A stretch of DNA of 64,000 bases from a virus (lineage: Duplodnaviria > Caudoviricetes), in the IMG/VR virus record IMGVR_UViG_2926647115_000001; one strand, written 5' to 3'. The translations under genes were made by a program, and so were the position numbers. The notes below the pieces were generated by a model. It did not search any database. It was not told the origin of the DNA and saw nothing but the letters and a program-made list of their open reading frames with translations. Positions within the stretch are counted from its first letter, which is position 1. Each line of letters starts with the position of its first letter. Of the stretch, positions 1 through 9,253 are shown piece by piece.

Positions 1-10
1 CCCTGGTCGG

Positions 11-205
11 TGTGGAACAGGTGTGGAACCCGCACCGCGGATGCCCGTGCTACCGGTGAGCTGCTGCGATGCGCCGCCAGGCCGGCATGTGGAACGGTGT
101 GGAACCGCTCCGCGCCGGAGGGGGGTGGGTGATCGTTTCCGCAGGTCATGATCGCGTACCCCATGTCGTGTCGTGTGTGGAACCTCGGGGTTCCACTGGT
201 TCCAC
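11..205. repeat. Cluster of TGTGGAAC 8-mers (clt/TRS-like)
   Basis: TGTGGAAC at 11, 22, 88, 98, 176; inverted GTTCCAC at 190 and 199. Confidence 0.75.
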
Positions 206-220
206 CGCATGGATATGGGA

Positions 221-250
221 AGGCCCCGACACCGCGAGGTGTCGGGGCCT
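221..250 (-). terminator. Hairpin terminator
   Basis: AGGCCCCGACACC-GCGA-GGTGTCGGGGCCT just after the stop at 263. Confidence 0.75.
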
Positions 251-262
251 CGGCGTGCAGTT

Positions 263-862
263 TCAGTCGCGGGTGCGTCGGGTGACGTCGACGGCGCCGA
301 GCCGGTCGAGCAGGTTGCGCAGCTGGTCGAGAGTGCGGGGCTGCTCGGCCGCGAGCGCGGCGAACAACTCGGGCACGTCGGTGAACGCGGCGAACGCGTC
401 GTCGAACAGCGACACCTGCAGCGCGGGCCTCCCGGCGAGGTGGTGTTCCTGGACGGTGAAGTCCCATTTCACGCCGTCGCGGCCGGTGTCCGCGCTTGCG
501 GAGATGTTGATGGCCGGTACCTCGCCCGCGTAGGCGGCGTCGGCGAACCACGCCTCCTGCTGCACGAAGTAGGTGAGCAGGCAGTCGTCGCCGATCCGGC
601 GCGGCACCGCGGCAATCCCAGCGGGCGCGGGCCCGGTGTTCTTCCCGACCTGGCTCTCGTGCCAGGCCGCGGCCTCTCGCCACTTCCGGGTGCCTGTGGG
701 GTGGTGCACGGTTCCGCGGGCCTCGTGGTCGTTGGCCCTACGGGCCAGTTCCCGGGCGGCCCACAGGTTGTAGGCGTCCCAGTCGGCTGGGGTGTACTCG
801 GTGAACGGCTTGTTGCGGTGCTCGGCGGTGTTCCCGTAGGCGGTGAGGGCGGCGGTGTCCAT
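263..862 (-). CDS. Hypothetical protein
   Basis: AGGAG RBS, GC3-biased frame. Confidence 0.8.
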   Translation of the reverse strand: MDTAALTAYGNTAEHRNKPFTEYTPADWDAYNLWAARELARRANDHEARGTVHHPTGTRKWREAAAWHESQVGKNTGPAPAGIAAVPRRIGDDCLLTYFVQQEAWFADAAYAGEVPAINISASADTGRDGVKWDFTVQEHHLAGRPALQVSLFDDAFAAFTDVPELFAALAAEQPRTLDQLRNLLDRLGAVDVTRRTRD

Positions 863-925
863 GGCGTACTCCTGTTCTCGGTGGGGGTGGTGCCGCCTCG
901 CGTGGTGGCGGGGCGGCCGGGCGGG

Positions 926-1795
926 TCACTTCGCGGCGGCGGTCTCGCGGTCGTACTTGGCCTGGGCCTTGGCGAGGATCGCGTCCTGCTCGGTCTCGGG
1001 GGTGGTGCCGCGCTTGTGGGCGAGCGCGGCGGCGCACAGGCGGATCGTTTCGCGCATGGCGTCGGCGTAGCTCGAGTTCGGGTACAAGAGCAGATCTCCG
1101 GCGGCCTGGAGTGCGGCGCGGTGGGCGGCGGTCTCGGTCTTGAGGGTGCGGGTGCCGACGTAGTCGGGGATGACCAGCGGGGTGCCGTCGGGGTTGCTGA
1201 TGGCCTTGGCGGCTGCTGCGGCGGCTTTCGCGGCCTTGGCGGCGGCCGCGGCTTCGCGCTCCTCGCGGGTCTTGCGTTGGTTGGGGCTTTGGATGCGGGA
1301 GGGGCGGCCGGACTCGATGATGGCGCGCTGGTCGGGGAAGCAGGTGAGGCAGGACAGCGACCCGGCGGCGTCGACGGCCTCGGCCGCGGTGGCGCCGGAC
1401 AGCTCGGTGACCCAGTACCACTGGGTGCTGGCGTAGGTGTTGCGGCACCGCTGGGTGGTGTGGAGGTGGCCGTTGGTGTTGTCCACCAGGTAGTAGCGGG
1501 TCCAGCCGCCGCGGCGGTCGAACTCGTCGAGGAGGGGCCTGAGGTCACGGGCGCTGAGTTGCGCGGCATCGTCGTAGGCGCGGTCAATCCGGTGCTGCAA
1601 CTCGGCGATGTTCTCCCGCTGGCGGGCGAGGGTGTCCGGGGTGACGAACTGGGCGCCGGCGTTCATGTGCTCGATGGCGCGTGCCTTCTCGCGCTGCGTC
1701 TGCTCGGCCTTGGCGTGGTGGGCGTAGATGGCGGCCGTGACGCGGGCGATCTCGGTGTCGATCTCGGCGGGGGTCTTGGTGGCGAGGCTGGTCAT
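926..1795 (-). CDS. Hypothetical phage protein (coiled coil plus H..C..CxxC Zn motif)
   Basis: GAGG RBS before ATG 1795; GHLH..RC..CLTCFP. Confidence 0.8.
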   Translation of the reverse strand: MTSLATKTPAEIDTEIARVTAAIYAHHAKAEQTQREKARAIEHMNAGAQFVTPDTLARQRENIAELQHRIDRAYDDAAQLSARDLRPLLDEFDRRGGWTRYYLVDNTNGHLHTTQRCRNTYASTQWYWVTELSGATAAEAVDAAGSLSCLTCFPDQRAIIESGRPSRIQSPNQRKTREEREAAAAAKAAKAAAAAAKAISNPDGTPLVIPDYVGTRTLKTETAAHRAALQAAGDLLLYPNSSYADAMRETIRLCAAALAHKRGTTPETEQDAILAKAQAKYDRETAAAK

Positions 1796-1826
1796 CGCGG
1801 TTCCTCTCGTCTCCCTGTTGCGCTTA

Positions 1827-1855
1827 ACCTTACACAAGTTGCGCAACTTTCACAA
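1827..1855 (-). promoter_or_regulatory. Family A promoter with operator
   Basis: TTGTGA-17-TAAGGT; perfect palindrome AAGTTGCGCAACTT (1836-1849) in the spacer. Confidence 0.85.
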
Positions 1856-1896
1856 CTGGGCGGAGGTGCGGTCCAGCACACCCCCGCCCCGGACCG

Positions 1897-3102
1897 CTAC
1901 TCCTCGATCGCCTTGCAGCGGGTCAGCTGGGTCTCCTTCTGGCCGTTCCACTCCTTGTGCGCCTTGATCCAGCACTTGCGGAGGGTGAACCAGGTGTCGC
2001 CGGGCTCGTCGCCGAGCGCGTCCTTGGAGGCGAACCACTTGAACAGGTAGCCGTCGTCGGACACCAGGGTGTACACGGTGCTCGTGCCATAGGCGTTCTG
2101 GCTCCAGGACACGTTGCGCACCTGCACCCGCACCTCGACGTCCCGCTGCCCGACCGTGCCGTAGAACTCGTCCCGGACCTCGGCGCGCTCCCGCTGCCGG
2201 ATCAGGGTCTGCTCGTTGTGGCGTGCCCACGCCTGCGGCGCCGACACCGCCAGCCCCAGGTTCCAGGGGGACACGGCGTCGGCGGCGGCGATCGCCTTGA
2301 GGTTGCGCACGTACTCGCTGTCCCCGGGGAAGTCGTCGGACAGGATGAACTCGCGGATCTTGGCACCCATCCCGGCGGCCTCGGCGATCTCGGCCGCCAT
2401 CTCCGCGGCCAGCTGGCGGGCGTTCTTGTTGCGCGGGTCGAGCAAGTCCCCGACCACAACCTTGGTGGGGACCCCGTTCCAGTCGTTGGCGCGGACGTAG
2501 CCGTACCGCTTGATCGCAGCCCACGCGGCGGCAAACACGGTGTCGGTGGTGAACTCGCGCGGGCAGTACCCACCGTCGCCCAGGAGCCCGTCGATCTCGT
2601 CGCGCAGGTCGTCGGCATAGACGAACACCGGGGTTGCGGTCCAGCCGAGGAAGTCCTTGATGCAGGTGGAGCCGACCTGGATCTGCTCGCCGGCTTCGTT
2701 GCGGAGCAGGTAGGTGGCCTTGCGGTGGCGGTGGGTGCGGCAGTGGCCGCACCAGCCTTCGTGCAGGCCGTCGCGATTGACGGTGTCGATGCCGGGGGCG
2801 GTGCGCACGATCAGTCCGGCGTTGGGGTCCCAGTCCAGGGTGGCGAGGAAGGTCCAGCCGTTGTAGCGCGGGGCGTCGCCGGTGATGCGGGTGTCGTAGA
2901 CGATCTCGGTGACCTGGAGCCCGCCGACCTCGCGAGTGGTTTCGCGGCGGGTGGCGTGGACCTCGATGCGGCCGGTGAAGCCGCGCTTTGCGGCGCGGGT
3001 GTTGATCTTGGCGATCTTGTTGCGGGTGGCCTCCAGCTCGTCGGCGGTGAGGTGCCAGGTGTGGGCCTGGGTCTCGGTGGTGGTGTCGAGCGTGGCGGTC
3101 AT
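1897..3102 (-). CDS. Conserved phage protein (Zn ribbon, probable C-terminal OB fold)
   Basis: CGHC..R.R..TY..QVGSTCIKDFLG motif; 401 aa. Confidence 0.8.
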   Translation of the reverse strand: MTATLDTTTETQAHTWHLTADELEATRNKIAKINTRAAKRGFTGRIEVHATRRETTREVGGLQVTEIVYDTRITGDAPRYNGWTFLATLDWDPNAGLIVRTAPGIDTVNRDGLHEGWCGHCRTHRHRKATYLLRNEAGEQIQVGSTCIKDFLGWTATPVFVYADDLRDEIDGLLGDGGYCPREFTTDTVFAAAWAAIKRYGYVRANDWNGVPTKVVVGDLLDPRNKNARQLAAEMAAEIAEAAGMGAKIREFILSDDFPGDSEYVRNLKAIAAADAVSPWNLGLAVSAPQAWARHNEQTLIRQRERAEVRDEFYGTVGQRDVEVRVQVRNVSWSQNAYGTSTVYTLVSDDGYLFKWFASKDALGDEPGDTWFTLRKCWIKAHKEWNGQKETQLTRCKAIEE

Positions 3103-3138
3103 CGGTGCCCCCTGGGGTCGGTCTCTCCGTACCCCACG

Positions 3139-3190
3139 AAACTAACACAAGTTGTCTAACTTGCGCAACTGTTGCGACAGCTGTTACGGT
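3139..3190. promoter_or_regulatory. Back-to-back family A promoters sharing palindromic -35 TTGCGCAA
   Basis: Minus TTGCGC-18-TAGTTT; plus TTGCGC(3161)-18-TACGGT(3185). Confidence 0.75.
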
Positions 3191-3228
3191 CGATCCCGCA
3201 ACCACACACCGCACCCGGGGGTATCACC

Positions 3229-3462
3229 GTGGACCTCGCTGAACAGCTCACGAGCACCTACCCCATCAGCCTCGGCGTCGCCGCCGCCCTCATCGACGAG
3301 GTCACCAGGGCACTCACCAGCACCGCAAACCCCGCACCAGAGCTGGAAGAGATCACCGCCGAGATGCGCTGGGCCGTCGGCCACGACATCGACTGGCCGT
3401 CCGCCATCCGCGACATCGCGACCGCGTTCGGAACCACCCTCCCCGACACCGCACAGCTGTAA
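3229..3462 (+). CDS. Hypothetical protein
   Basis: GGGGG RBS, GTG start, codon bias. Confidence 0.7.
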   Translation: MDLAEQLTSTYPISLGVAAALIDEVTRALTSTANPAPELEEITAEMRWAVGHDIDWPSAIRDIATAFGTTLPDTAQL

Positions 3463-3488
3463 CCCCGCAACCGCAACAGGACACCGGC

Positions 3489-3665
3489 ATGCACATCGAC
3501 TGGAAACGGCTCGCCTGGATCGCGCTGCTGATCGGCCTGGTCCTCTACGTGATCAGCCACCCCCAGCGCTCCGCCGACCTCGTGGGCGACGCCGTGAGCT
3601 GGCTCCGCCAGGCCGCGGAAGCGGTCATCACGTTCATCACCTCCGTGTTCAACCGGATCGTCTAG
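3489..3665 (+). CDS. Small membrane protein
   Basis: MHIDWKRLAWIALLIGLVLYV; AGGA RBS; below the ORF-track cutoff. Confidence 0.7.
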   Translation: MHIDWKRLAWIALLIGLVLYVISHPQRSADLVGDAVSWLRQAAEAVITFITSVFNRIV

Positions 3666-3679
3666 GGACTCCGCACACC

Positions 3680-3997
3680 ATGACCACCACCGCAACCCCC
3701 ACGCCGAACGCTACGCGCGCTTCCCGCAACGGCTACTGGACCGACGAACGCCTCGCCATCTGGCGGCGGCTCACCCCGCAGCAGCGGGACTACGACCGCT
3801 TCCAGGGCTGGTACCCGCCCGGCCAGGGCACGTGCGAGACCGAAGGCGGCCGCCGCGCGATCGAGGAACGCGACGAAGCACGAGACGCCGCCACCGAGGA
3901 CGAGCTGCACGTCTGCACCTGCCACGTCAACCCGCCCTGCACCCACTGCGTGGAGTGCACCGACTGCCCGGAGGCGCGCAGTGATCAGCGCGACTGA
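3680..3997 (+). CDS. Hypothetical Cys-rich protein
   Basis: CTCHVNPPCTHC motif. Confidence 0.7.
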   Translation: MTTTATPTPNATRASRNGYWTDERLAIWRRLTPQQRDYDRFQGWYPPGQGTCETEGGRRAIEERDEARDAATEDELHVCTCHVNPPCTHCVECTDCPEARSDQRD

Positions 3998-4937
3998 CCT
4001 GTTCGGTGGTGGCGGCGGTGCATCCGAGGGGTTGCGCCAGGCCGGCCTGCATGTGGCGGTCGCCGCGAACCACCTGCCGATCGCGATCGCAACACACAAG
4101 CTCAACCACCCGGAGACGGAGCACCGCACCGAGAATCTGCTCGAGGTGGACTGGCGCACCTTCCCCTGGACCGAGGTGCTGTGGGCATCACCGTCGTGCG
4201 TGTGGCACGCCCGCTCCGGTGGCCGCAAACGCCCCCCGGCCGAGGTCGAGTTGAAGCGCGCCGACCCGGGAGCGATCGACCGGGCGACCGCGTTCGCCGT
4301 GATCGCGGCGGCCGAGGTGCACCGCTACCCCGTGATCGTGGTCGAGAACGTCACCGAGTTCCTGGCCTGGTCGCTGTACCGGTGGTGGCTGGATGGGCTC
4401 CGCGCGCTGGGCTACACGGTGGAAACGCTCGTGCTGGACGCCGCGGACTTCGGGCACGCGCAGAACCGGCCGCGGCTGTTCATCGTCGCCACCCGCGGTA
4501 TCAAGCTGGACCTCACTCTGCCGGACATCGCGCCGGTGACGGCCGCGGACATCCTCGACCCCGACCTGGGCCGCCCGGTCACCCGCCGCCTGTACGTGTC
4601 GGACCAGATCGAGCAGATCGACACCGAGGGCGTGACGCACCTGGTCACGTACCGGCGCAACGCGAAACCCCTGCGCGCGGACCGGCACCAGCTCGCCACC
4701 ATCACCGCCGGGGGCAATCACCACGCGATCGCCACGATCGTCGACGGCGTCCCGCACCACCGGATGCTGTCCAACCGGGAATGCGCACGTGCCCAGGGTT
4801 TCCCCGACACGTACCAGTTCCTCGGCAACAGCAAGGACGTGAAGAAGCTGATCGGGAACGCCGTCCCGGTCGGTATCGCCCGGTGGTTCGGCGAACGCGC
4901 CGCCGCCGCGCTTGACCCGTACGACCTGGCCGCGTGA
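3981..4937 (+). CDS. DNA cytosine-5 methyltransferase
   Basis: Motif I DLFGGGGG, IV ASPSC, VI ENV, VIII QNRPR, X IGNAVP. Confidence 0.93.
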   Translation: MISATDLFGGGGGASEGLRQAGLHVAVAANHLPIAIATHKLNHPETEHRTENLLEVDWRTFPWTEVLWASPSCVWHARSGGRKRPPAEVELKRADPGAIDRATAFAVIAAAEVHRYPVIVVENVTEFLAWSLYRWWLDGLRALGYTVETLVLDAADFGHAQNRPRLFIVATRGIKLDLTLPDIAPVTAADILDPDLGRPVTRRLYVSDQIEQIDTEGVTHLVTYRRNAKPLRADRHQLATITAGGNHHAIATIVDGVPHHRMLSNRECARAQGFPDTYQFLGNSKDVKKLIGNAVPVGIARWFGERAAAALDPYDLAA

Positions 4938-4972
4938 CGGCCAAACCACCACCAACGAAGGGAAGTGCCCCC

Positions 4973-5275
4973 GTGCTCAAGATCTACGGCGCAAGCGACG
5001 ACCTGATCGAGGTCGAGGGAGACGTGCGCGAGGAGTTCGACGCCCTTGCCACGCACAGGCTCGTGGCCGTGTCCAACGGCGTGCTGCTGCGCGTCGAGTA
5101 CGACCAGGACGGGGTGTGGCGGATCAAGCCGCTCGCCGGCGCGGACCGCGTCCACGTCGTCCAGGCCCCGGCGGGCGACGAGGACAACTACAGCGACGTC
5201 GCCACGATCGACGAGGACGTCGAGTGGGTTGCGTGCGGCGGCCAGTGGGCGGCCCGGAAGGACGGCCGCCGGTGA
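4973..5275 (+). CDS. Conserved phage protein
   Basis: IYGASDDLIEVEGD..EEF motif. Confidence 0.8.
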   Translation: MLKIYGASDDLIEVEGDVREEFDALATHRLVAVSNGVLLRVEYDQDGVWRIKPLAGADRVHVVQAPAGDEDNYSDVATIDEDVEWVACGGQWAARKDGRR

Positions 5276-5685
5276 ACCGGACGTTCCCGAACCTCGCGAG
5301 CACCGTCGAGGAGATGCGCAAGTCCATGCAGGAGCACTACGGCGTGTGGGTGTGCTTCGTCGGCGACGACGGCGACTTGGTGGCTCTCGGCCACCACGAG
5401 CCGAAGCGTGTGCTCGCGGCTTTCAACCGCTACTGCCGGATCGAGCTGAGCATGCGAAACGTCGCGGACGACCGGGACGTGTCCTACAAGGAAGCCGCGG
5501 AGATCCTGCGGTGGCGGCACGGGCGGTTGATCACCGCGTGTGAGTCACCTGACCACGACGATGAAATCCGGATGGGTCACAGCTGCCACCAGTGCGCACT
5601 GCTCGGCGGCGGCGGCGAGTGGTGGCTCGACTGGTCGAACCCGGAGCACCCGGACGCGTTCCCCATCACGATGTGGCAGGTGTGA
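5272..5685 (+). CDS. Hypothetical protein
   Basis: GTGA-coupled ORF. Confidence 0.75.
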   Translation: MNRTFPNLASTVEEMRKSMQEHYGVWVCFVGDDGDLVALGHHEPKRVLAAFNRYCRIELSMRNVADDRDVSYKEAAEILRWRHGRLITACESPDHDDEIRMGHSCHQCALLGGGGEWWLDWSNPEHPDAFPITMWQV

Positions 5686-6194
5686 TCGTGGTCGATCCCG
5701 AGAAGACGCGGGCTGCGGTGGACACGGTTGCCCGCCGGGTGCTGGCCGACGCTGCGCGGACCGCGCTGGAGTCCGGGCGCGTCGGCTGGGAGGACTACCC
5801 GGAGCTGGACGAACGGGACTGGATCGCTGTCACCGAACGGGCCCGGAAGCTCGCCGCCACGCTGCAGCACTCCGAGGCCATGTACGCCGAGGCGTACCGG
5901 TACCTCGCTGCGCAGGCCGAGCCCGACGGGCATGTCACCAGGCCCGACCCGGGGGATTTCCGGGACCGGTTCATCTACGCCGTGCAGCTCGTGACCTCGC
6001 GTCAGTTCGGCGCGAAGTCGATGGTGGCGCGGAAGTTGGGCACGGGGTGGAACGAGACGGTGCGGCTGTTCGAGCTTCTGGAGGGTTGGGGCGTGGTCGC
6101 GCCGACCGTCGGGTCGATGGCCCACAAGGTGTTGATGTCCGAGGCTGACGGGCGGGCGCTCGTCGCCGAGTTGCAGAAGGGGGAACGGGCGTGA
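5682..6194 (+). CDS. Protein with a stand-alone FtsK-gamma winged-helix domain
   Basis: AVQLVTSRQFGAKSMVARKLGTGWNETVRLFELLEGWGVVAP..HKVL resembles FtsK gamma; no ATPase. Confidence 0.8.
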   Translation: MIVVDPEKTRAAVDTVARRVLADAARTALESGRVGWEDYPELDERDWIAVTERARKLAATLQHSEAMYAEAYRYLAAQAEPDGHVTRPDPGDFRDRFIYAVQLVTSRQFGAKSMVARKLGTGWNETVRLFELLEGWGVVAPTVGSMAHKVLMSEADGRALVAELQKGERA

Positions 6195-6778
6195 CGGAGG
6201 ACCGGCCGTACGTCGTGGCGGAGGTCCACGAGGGGCCGATGGACTACGCCGTGCGCCACGGGGACCGGGACGTGAAGCAGTTCCATGGCCCGAGCGCGTG
6301 GATGCGGGCGACGACGTTGGCGAACCTGCTCAACGACGAGCTCGCCGCGCGGGCGGAGCGCACCTACGAGGACTGGGGTGTCCGGCACCGCAGCGAGGGC
6401 GCCGAGACCGTCGAGGTGCGCGACGACCGCCAGCACGCCCAGGAGTGGATCGTCGGCGGGTTCTTCGGTCCGTCGGCGGAGCTGGTGTGCCGCACCGTGT
6501 TCGTGGGGCCCTGGCGCCCCGCGCCGCCCGACACCGCGGCCGCGCCGGCCGAGGGGAAGCCACAGCCTTGCGCGGACGGATTCCACTGGGTCGGCCAGTC
6601 CTTCGACACCTGCGAACGGTGCGGCCTGCCCGCGTGGGAGCACGCGGGCGAAGCTCGGCTCGCCGACGGATCTCCGTTCACGGACGGCGGGTTTGTGCTG
6701 CGGCCGTGGGAGCCGGGCGAGGCCGACGCGATCCGCCGCAAGTGGGACCCGAGCTACGAGGGGGAACGGAACCAGTGA
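6191..6778 (+). CDS. Hypothetical protein
   Basis: GTGA-coupled ORF. Confidence 0.75.
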   Translation: MTEDRPYVVAEVHEGPMDYAVRHGDRDVKQFHGPSAWMRATTLANLLNDELAARAERTYEDWGVRHRSEGAETVEVRDDRQHAQEWIVGGFFGPSAELVCRTVFVGPWRPAPPDTAAAPAEGKPQPCADGFHWVGQSFDTCERCGLPAWEHAGEARLADGSPFTDGGFVLRPWEPGEADAIRRKWDPSYEGERNQ

Positions 6779-7218
6779 ACGAGCAAACGGCACCCGAACT
6801 GCTGCACCGGTTGCGTGCCCAGCTGAACGGCTTGCTGGGGGCGCTGATCGGCCAGGGCAACCGGGTGTGCGACGAGATGCGGGACGCGATCGCCTACCTG
6901 GACACCGAGGTACGGCCCGCGGTGGTCGCAGCGGCCCGGGCCCGCGCCGAGTTGGAGTTCGTGGCCGAGCGGTACCGGCGCGACGGCTCCGGGGTCCGGT
7001 TCTCCAAGGACCGGTGCACCGGGGTGTCCTCCGACGCGCTGGCCTGGTTCGCGGCCGGCGCGCGGCCGGAGCCGGAGCGGCACGAGTACCCAGCGGACCG
7101 CAGCGACCTCGCCGCGTGCGAGCGGACCTTCCACATGGCGCCGCCCCACCTGCAGGAGCGCATGTTGCCGGTGCTCGAGCGGTACCGCGCGGCGGTCGCC
7201 AAGGAGATCGGCCAGTGA
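6775..7218 (+). CDS. Hypothetical protein
   Basis: GTGA-coupled; YPADRSDLAAC motif. Confidence 0.75.
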   Translation: MNEQTAPELLHRLRAQLNGLLGALIGQGNRVCDEMRDAIAYLDTEVRPAVVAAARARAELEFVAERYRRDGSGVRFSKDRCTGVSSDALAWFAAGARPEPERHEYPADRSDLAACERTFHMAPPHLQERMLPVLERYRAAVAKEIGQ

Positions 7219-7697
7219 CGGCGCGGGCGACGGTGATCCAGTCCGCGCATCCGGCGGACACGCTCAAGATGATCCGGGAGACGCTGTGCGTGGCGCAGGC
7301 CGCGCTGACCCACGGCGCGCGCGCCGCCGGGCAGCGGGCGGCCGAGCACTCCGCGCGGCTGGGGCGCCTGATCGACGACATCGACCGGCAGCGCCCGCTG
7401 GGCCCGGACGGCAAGCACGGCAACCGGCACACCGGGACCTGCGGATGCGAAGACGTCGAACCCCCACGGCACAACGAGGTCACCACCTACGACGAGGTGC
7501 GGCTCACCGGGTGCCCGGGCGCCCCGTTCCCGCACTACGACTTCACCGCCCGCACCGAGGAGCACGTGCAGGCCCTGTACCGGCTCTACGCGCACGCGCT
7601 CGGCGAGGGGAACTGGACGAACCCGCAGCTGAAGCGCCGCACTGTCACGGTGATCGGCACCCCGTGGGTGGATGACGCCCCGGAGAGAGGCGACTGA
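7215..7697 (+). CDS. Hypothetical protein
   Basis: GTGA-coupled; RPLGPDGKHGNRHT.TCGC motif. Confidence 0.75.
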   Translation: MTARATVIQSAHPADTLKMIRETLCVAQAALTHGARAAGQRAAEHSARLGRLIDDIDRQRPLGPDGKHGNRHTGTCGCEDVEPPRHNEVTTYDEVRLTGCPGAPFPHYDFTARTEEHVQALYRLYAHALGEGNWTNPQLKRRTVTVIGTPWVDDAPERGD

Positions 7698-8128
7698 TGG
7701 ACAGCCGATGGATGGGGCGGGGTCCGGCGCTCGGGTACGTGTCCGCGGTTGCGGCACTGTTCCTGGCTGGTTGTGACGCCGCCCCGCCGCCGGACGCCCA
7801 GTACGGGGCCGTGTGCGTCGATCAAGCGACTGGGAACCGGCTCGACGACGACGCGTGCGGCGACTGGGACGACACCGGTCACACCAGCCACCCGGGCATG
7901 TTCTTCCTGTGGGTGCCGATGTCCAACGGCGCCACGGTGATCCCGCCGGTCGGGCAGCGGGTACCGGGCAACGTGGGCATCCGCCGTGTGCCGTCCGGGG
8001 CGCCTGTTGCGAAGGGGATGCCGAAGACCGGCGGCACCGTTTCGCAGATCCAGCGCGGTGGTTTCGGCGTGAAGTCCGGTGTGTCGGGTGGGGCCGGTGC
8101 GAAGGCCGGCGGGAGCGCTGGGTCATGA
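7697..8128 (+). CDS. Putative lipoprotein
   Basis: Lipobox LAGC; Gly-rich RGGFG tail. Confidence 0.75.
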   Translation: MDSRWMGRGPALGYVSAVAALFLAGCDAAPPPDAQYGAVCVDQATGNRLDDDACGDWDDTGHTSHPGMFFLWVPMSNGATVIPPVGQRVPGNVGIRRVPSGAPVAKGMPKTGGTVSQIQRGGFGVKSGVSGGAGAKAGGSAGS

Positions 8129-8154
8129 TCGAGGTTCGTAACAAGGGGGAACGG

Positions 8155-8616
8155 ATGGACAACGTGGACATCATCGAGCGGATCGACCACGCGATCGGCT
8201 GCCACTACTGCGGCGGCCCGCTCGGCGACAGCCCGTCCGAGGATTTCTGCACCTACGGGCACCAGCGGCGGTGGAACGACCTGTACCGGCGGTTGGGCAG
8301 TGTGGAGGCGGTGGCGGAGGAGTTGCGCGAGGAGCAGCGCCGCCACCGGGAGGCCGCCGAGCATGCGGCCGCGATGCAGCGGAAGATCACCGCGACGATG
8401 TCCGAACTGGAGACGGCATTCGGGCGCATCATCGCCGCGTTCCGCCCGTTCGCGCTGGCCGCCGCGACGACGTCGCAGGTGCTCGCCGAGGCCGGTCTCC
8501 TGCCAGACCGCGCGCCCGAGGATCCGGCGCGGCGAGCGCTGTGGTTGCGCCGCCACCGCAACACCGGACCGAAACCGGGACGGCCGCGTCCCCCGCGCAC
8601 CCTGAACAGGCGGTGA
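8155..8616 (+). CDS. Hypothetical Zn-finger protein
   Basis: CHYC..DFC; AAGGGG RBS. Confidence 0.7.
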   Translation: MDNVDIIERIDHAIGCHYCGGPLGDSPSEDFCTYGHQRRWNDLYRRLGSVEAVAEELREEQRRHREAAEHAAAMQRKITATMSELETAFGRIIAAFRPFALAAATTSQVLAEAGLLPDRAPEDPARRALWLRRHRNTGPKPGRPRPPRTLNRR

Positions 8617-8906
8617 CCGACATGCGTTCGATCTGGAAGTTCCCGCTGGACATCACCGACCGTCAACCCGTCAACATGCCAGCGGGCTCGGACATCCTCG
8701 ACGCCCAGTTCCAGCACGGCGTGCTGTGCGTGTGGGCCGCCGTCGAGCGGGAGAACCCTGTGGAGCCGCGGACGCTCGTGATCGTCGGCACCGGCAACCC
8801 GATGCCGGACGGGAAGCTGCAGCACATCGCCACCGTGCAGCACCCGGACCTGGGGCTGGTGTGGCACGTGTTCGAGGACCAGACCCCAGCGGAGGTGAAG
8901 GTGTGA
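8613..8906 (+). CDS. Conserved phage protein
   Basis: IWKFPL..GTG.P..LVWHVFE motif. Confidence 0.8.
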   Translation: MTDMRSIWKFPLDITDRQPVNMPAGSDILDAQFQHGVLCVWAAVERENPVEPRTLVIVGTGNPMPDGKLQHIATVQHPDLGLVWHVFEDQTPAEVKV

Positions 8907-9253
8907 TGGACCCGCTGGGCTGGTTCATCGCGATCATGGTCGTGCTGTGGATCGCGGTGCTTGTGTGGGCGCTGTTCACCCGCGACCGCGGGAACAACGA
9001 GCCGTACGGGCCGACCGGCCCGGGCGAGTGGATGCTGGCCTCCCGCGATCCGGACACCGGGCTCGAGGTGTGGCACCGCGACGGCGTACCGTGGCTCGAC
9101 TCGCCGCTCCCGGCGATCGGGCACGAGTGCTGGCCGCAGACGCGCGGAATTGAGGGCCACGAGGAGACCGAGCGGTGCCCGTGCGGCGCGATCCGAATCG
9201 GCGGAGGCCGGTGGCTGGAGCGAAACACCCGCACCCCGGGACAGGAGTCGTGA
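8906..9253 (+). CDS. Membrane-anchored hypothetical protein
   Basis: N-terminal TM helix; ERCPCG. Confidence 0.75.
   Translation: MDPLGWFIAIMVVLWIAVLVWALFTRDRGNNEPYGPTGPGEWMLASRDPDTGLEVWHRDGVPWLDSPLPAIGHECWPQTRGIEGHEETERCPCGAIRIGGGRWLERNTRTPGQES

Noticed and set aside
11-205. CRISPR array
   Set aside because: Repeats are only 8 bp with irregular spacing and there are no cas genes
3981-4937. Restriction-modification system
   Set aside because: No cognate endonuclease adjacent to either methyltransferase; orphan phage MTases
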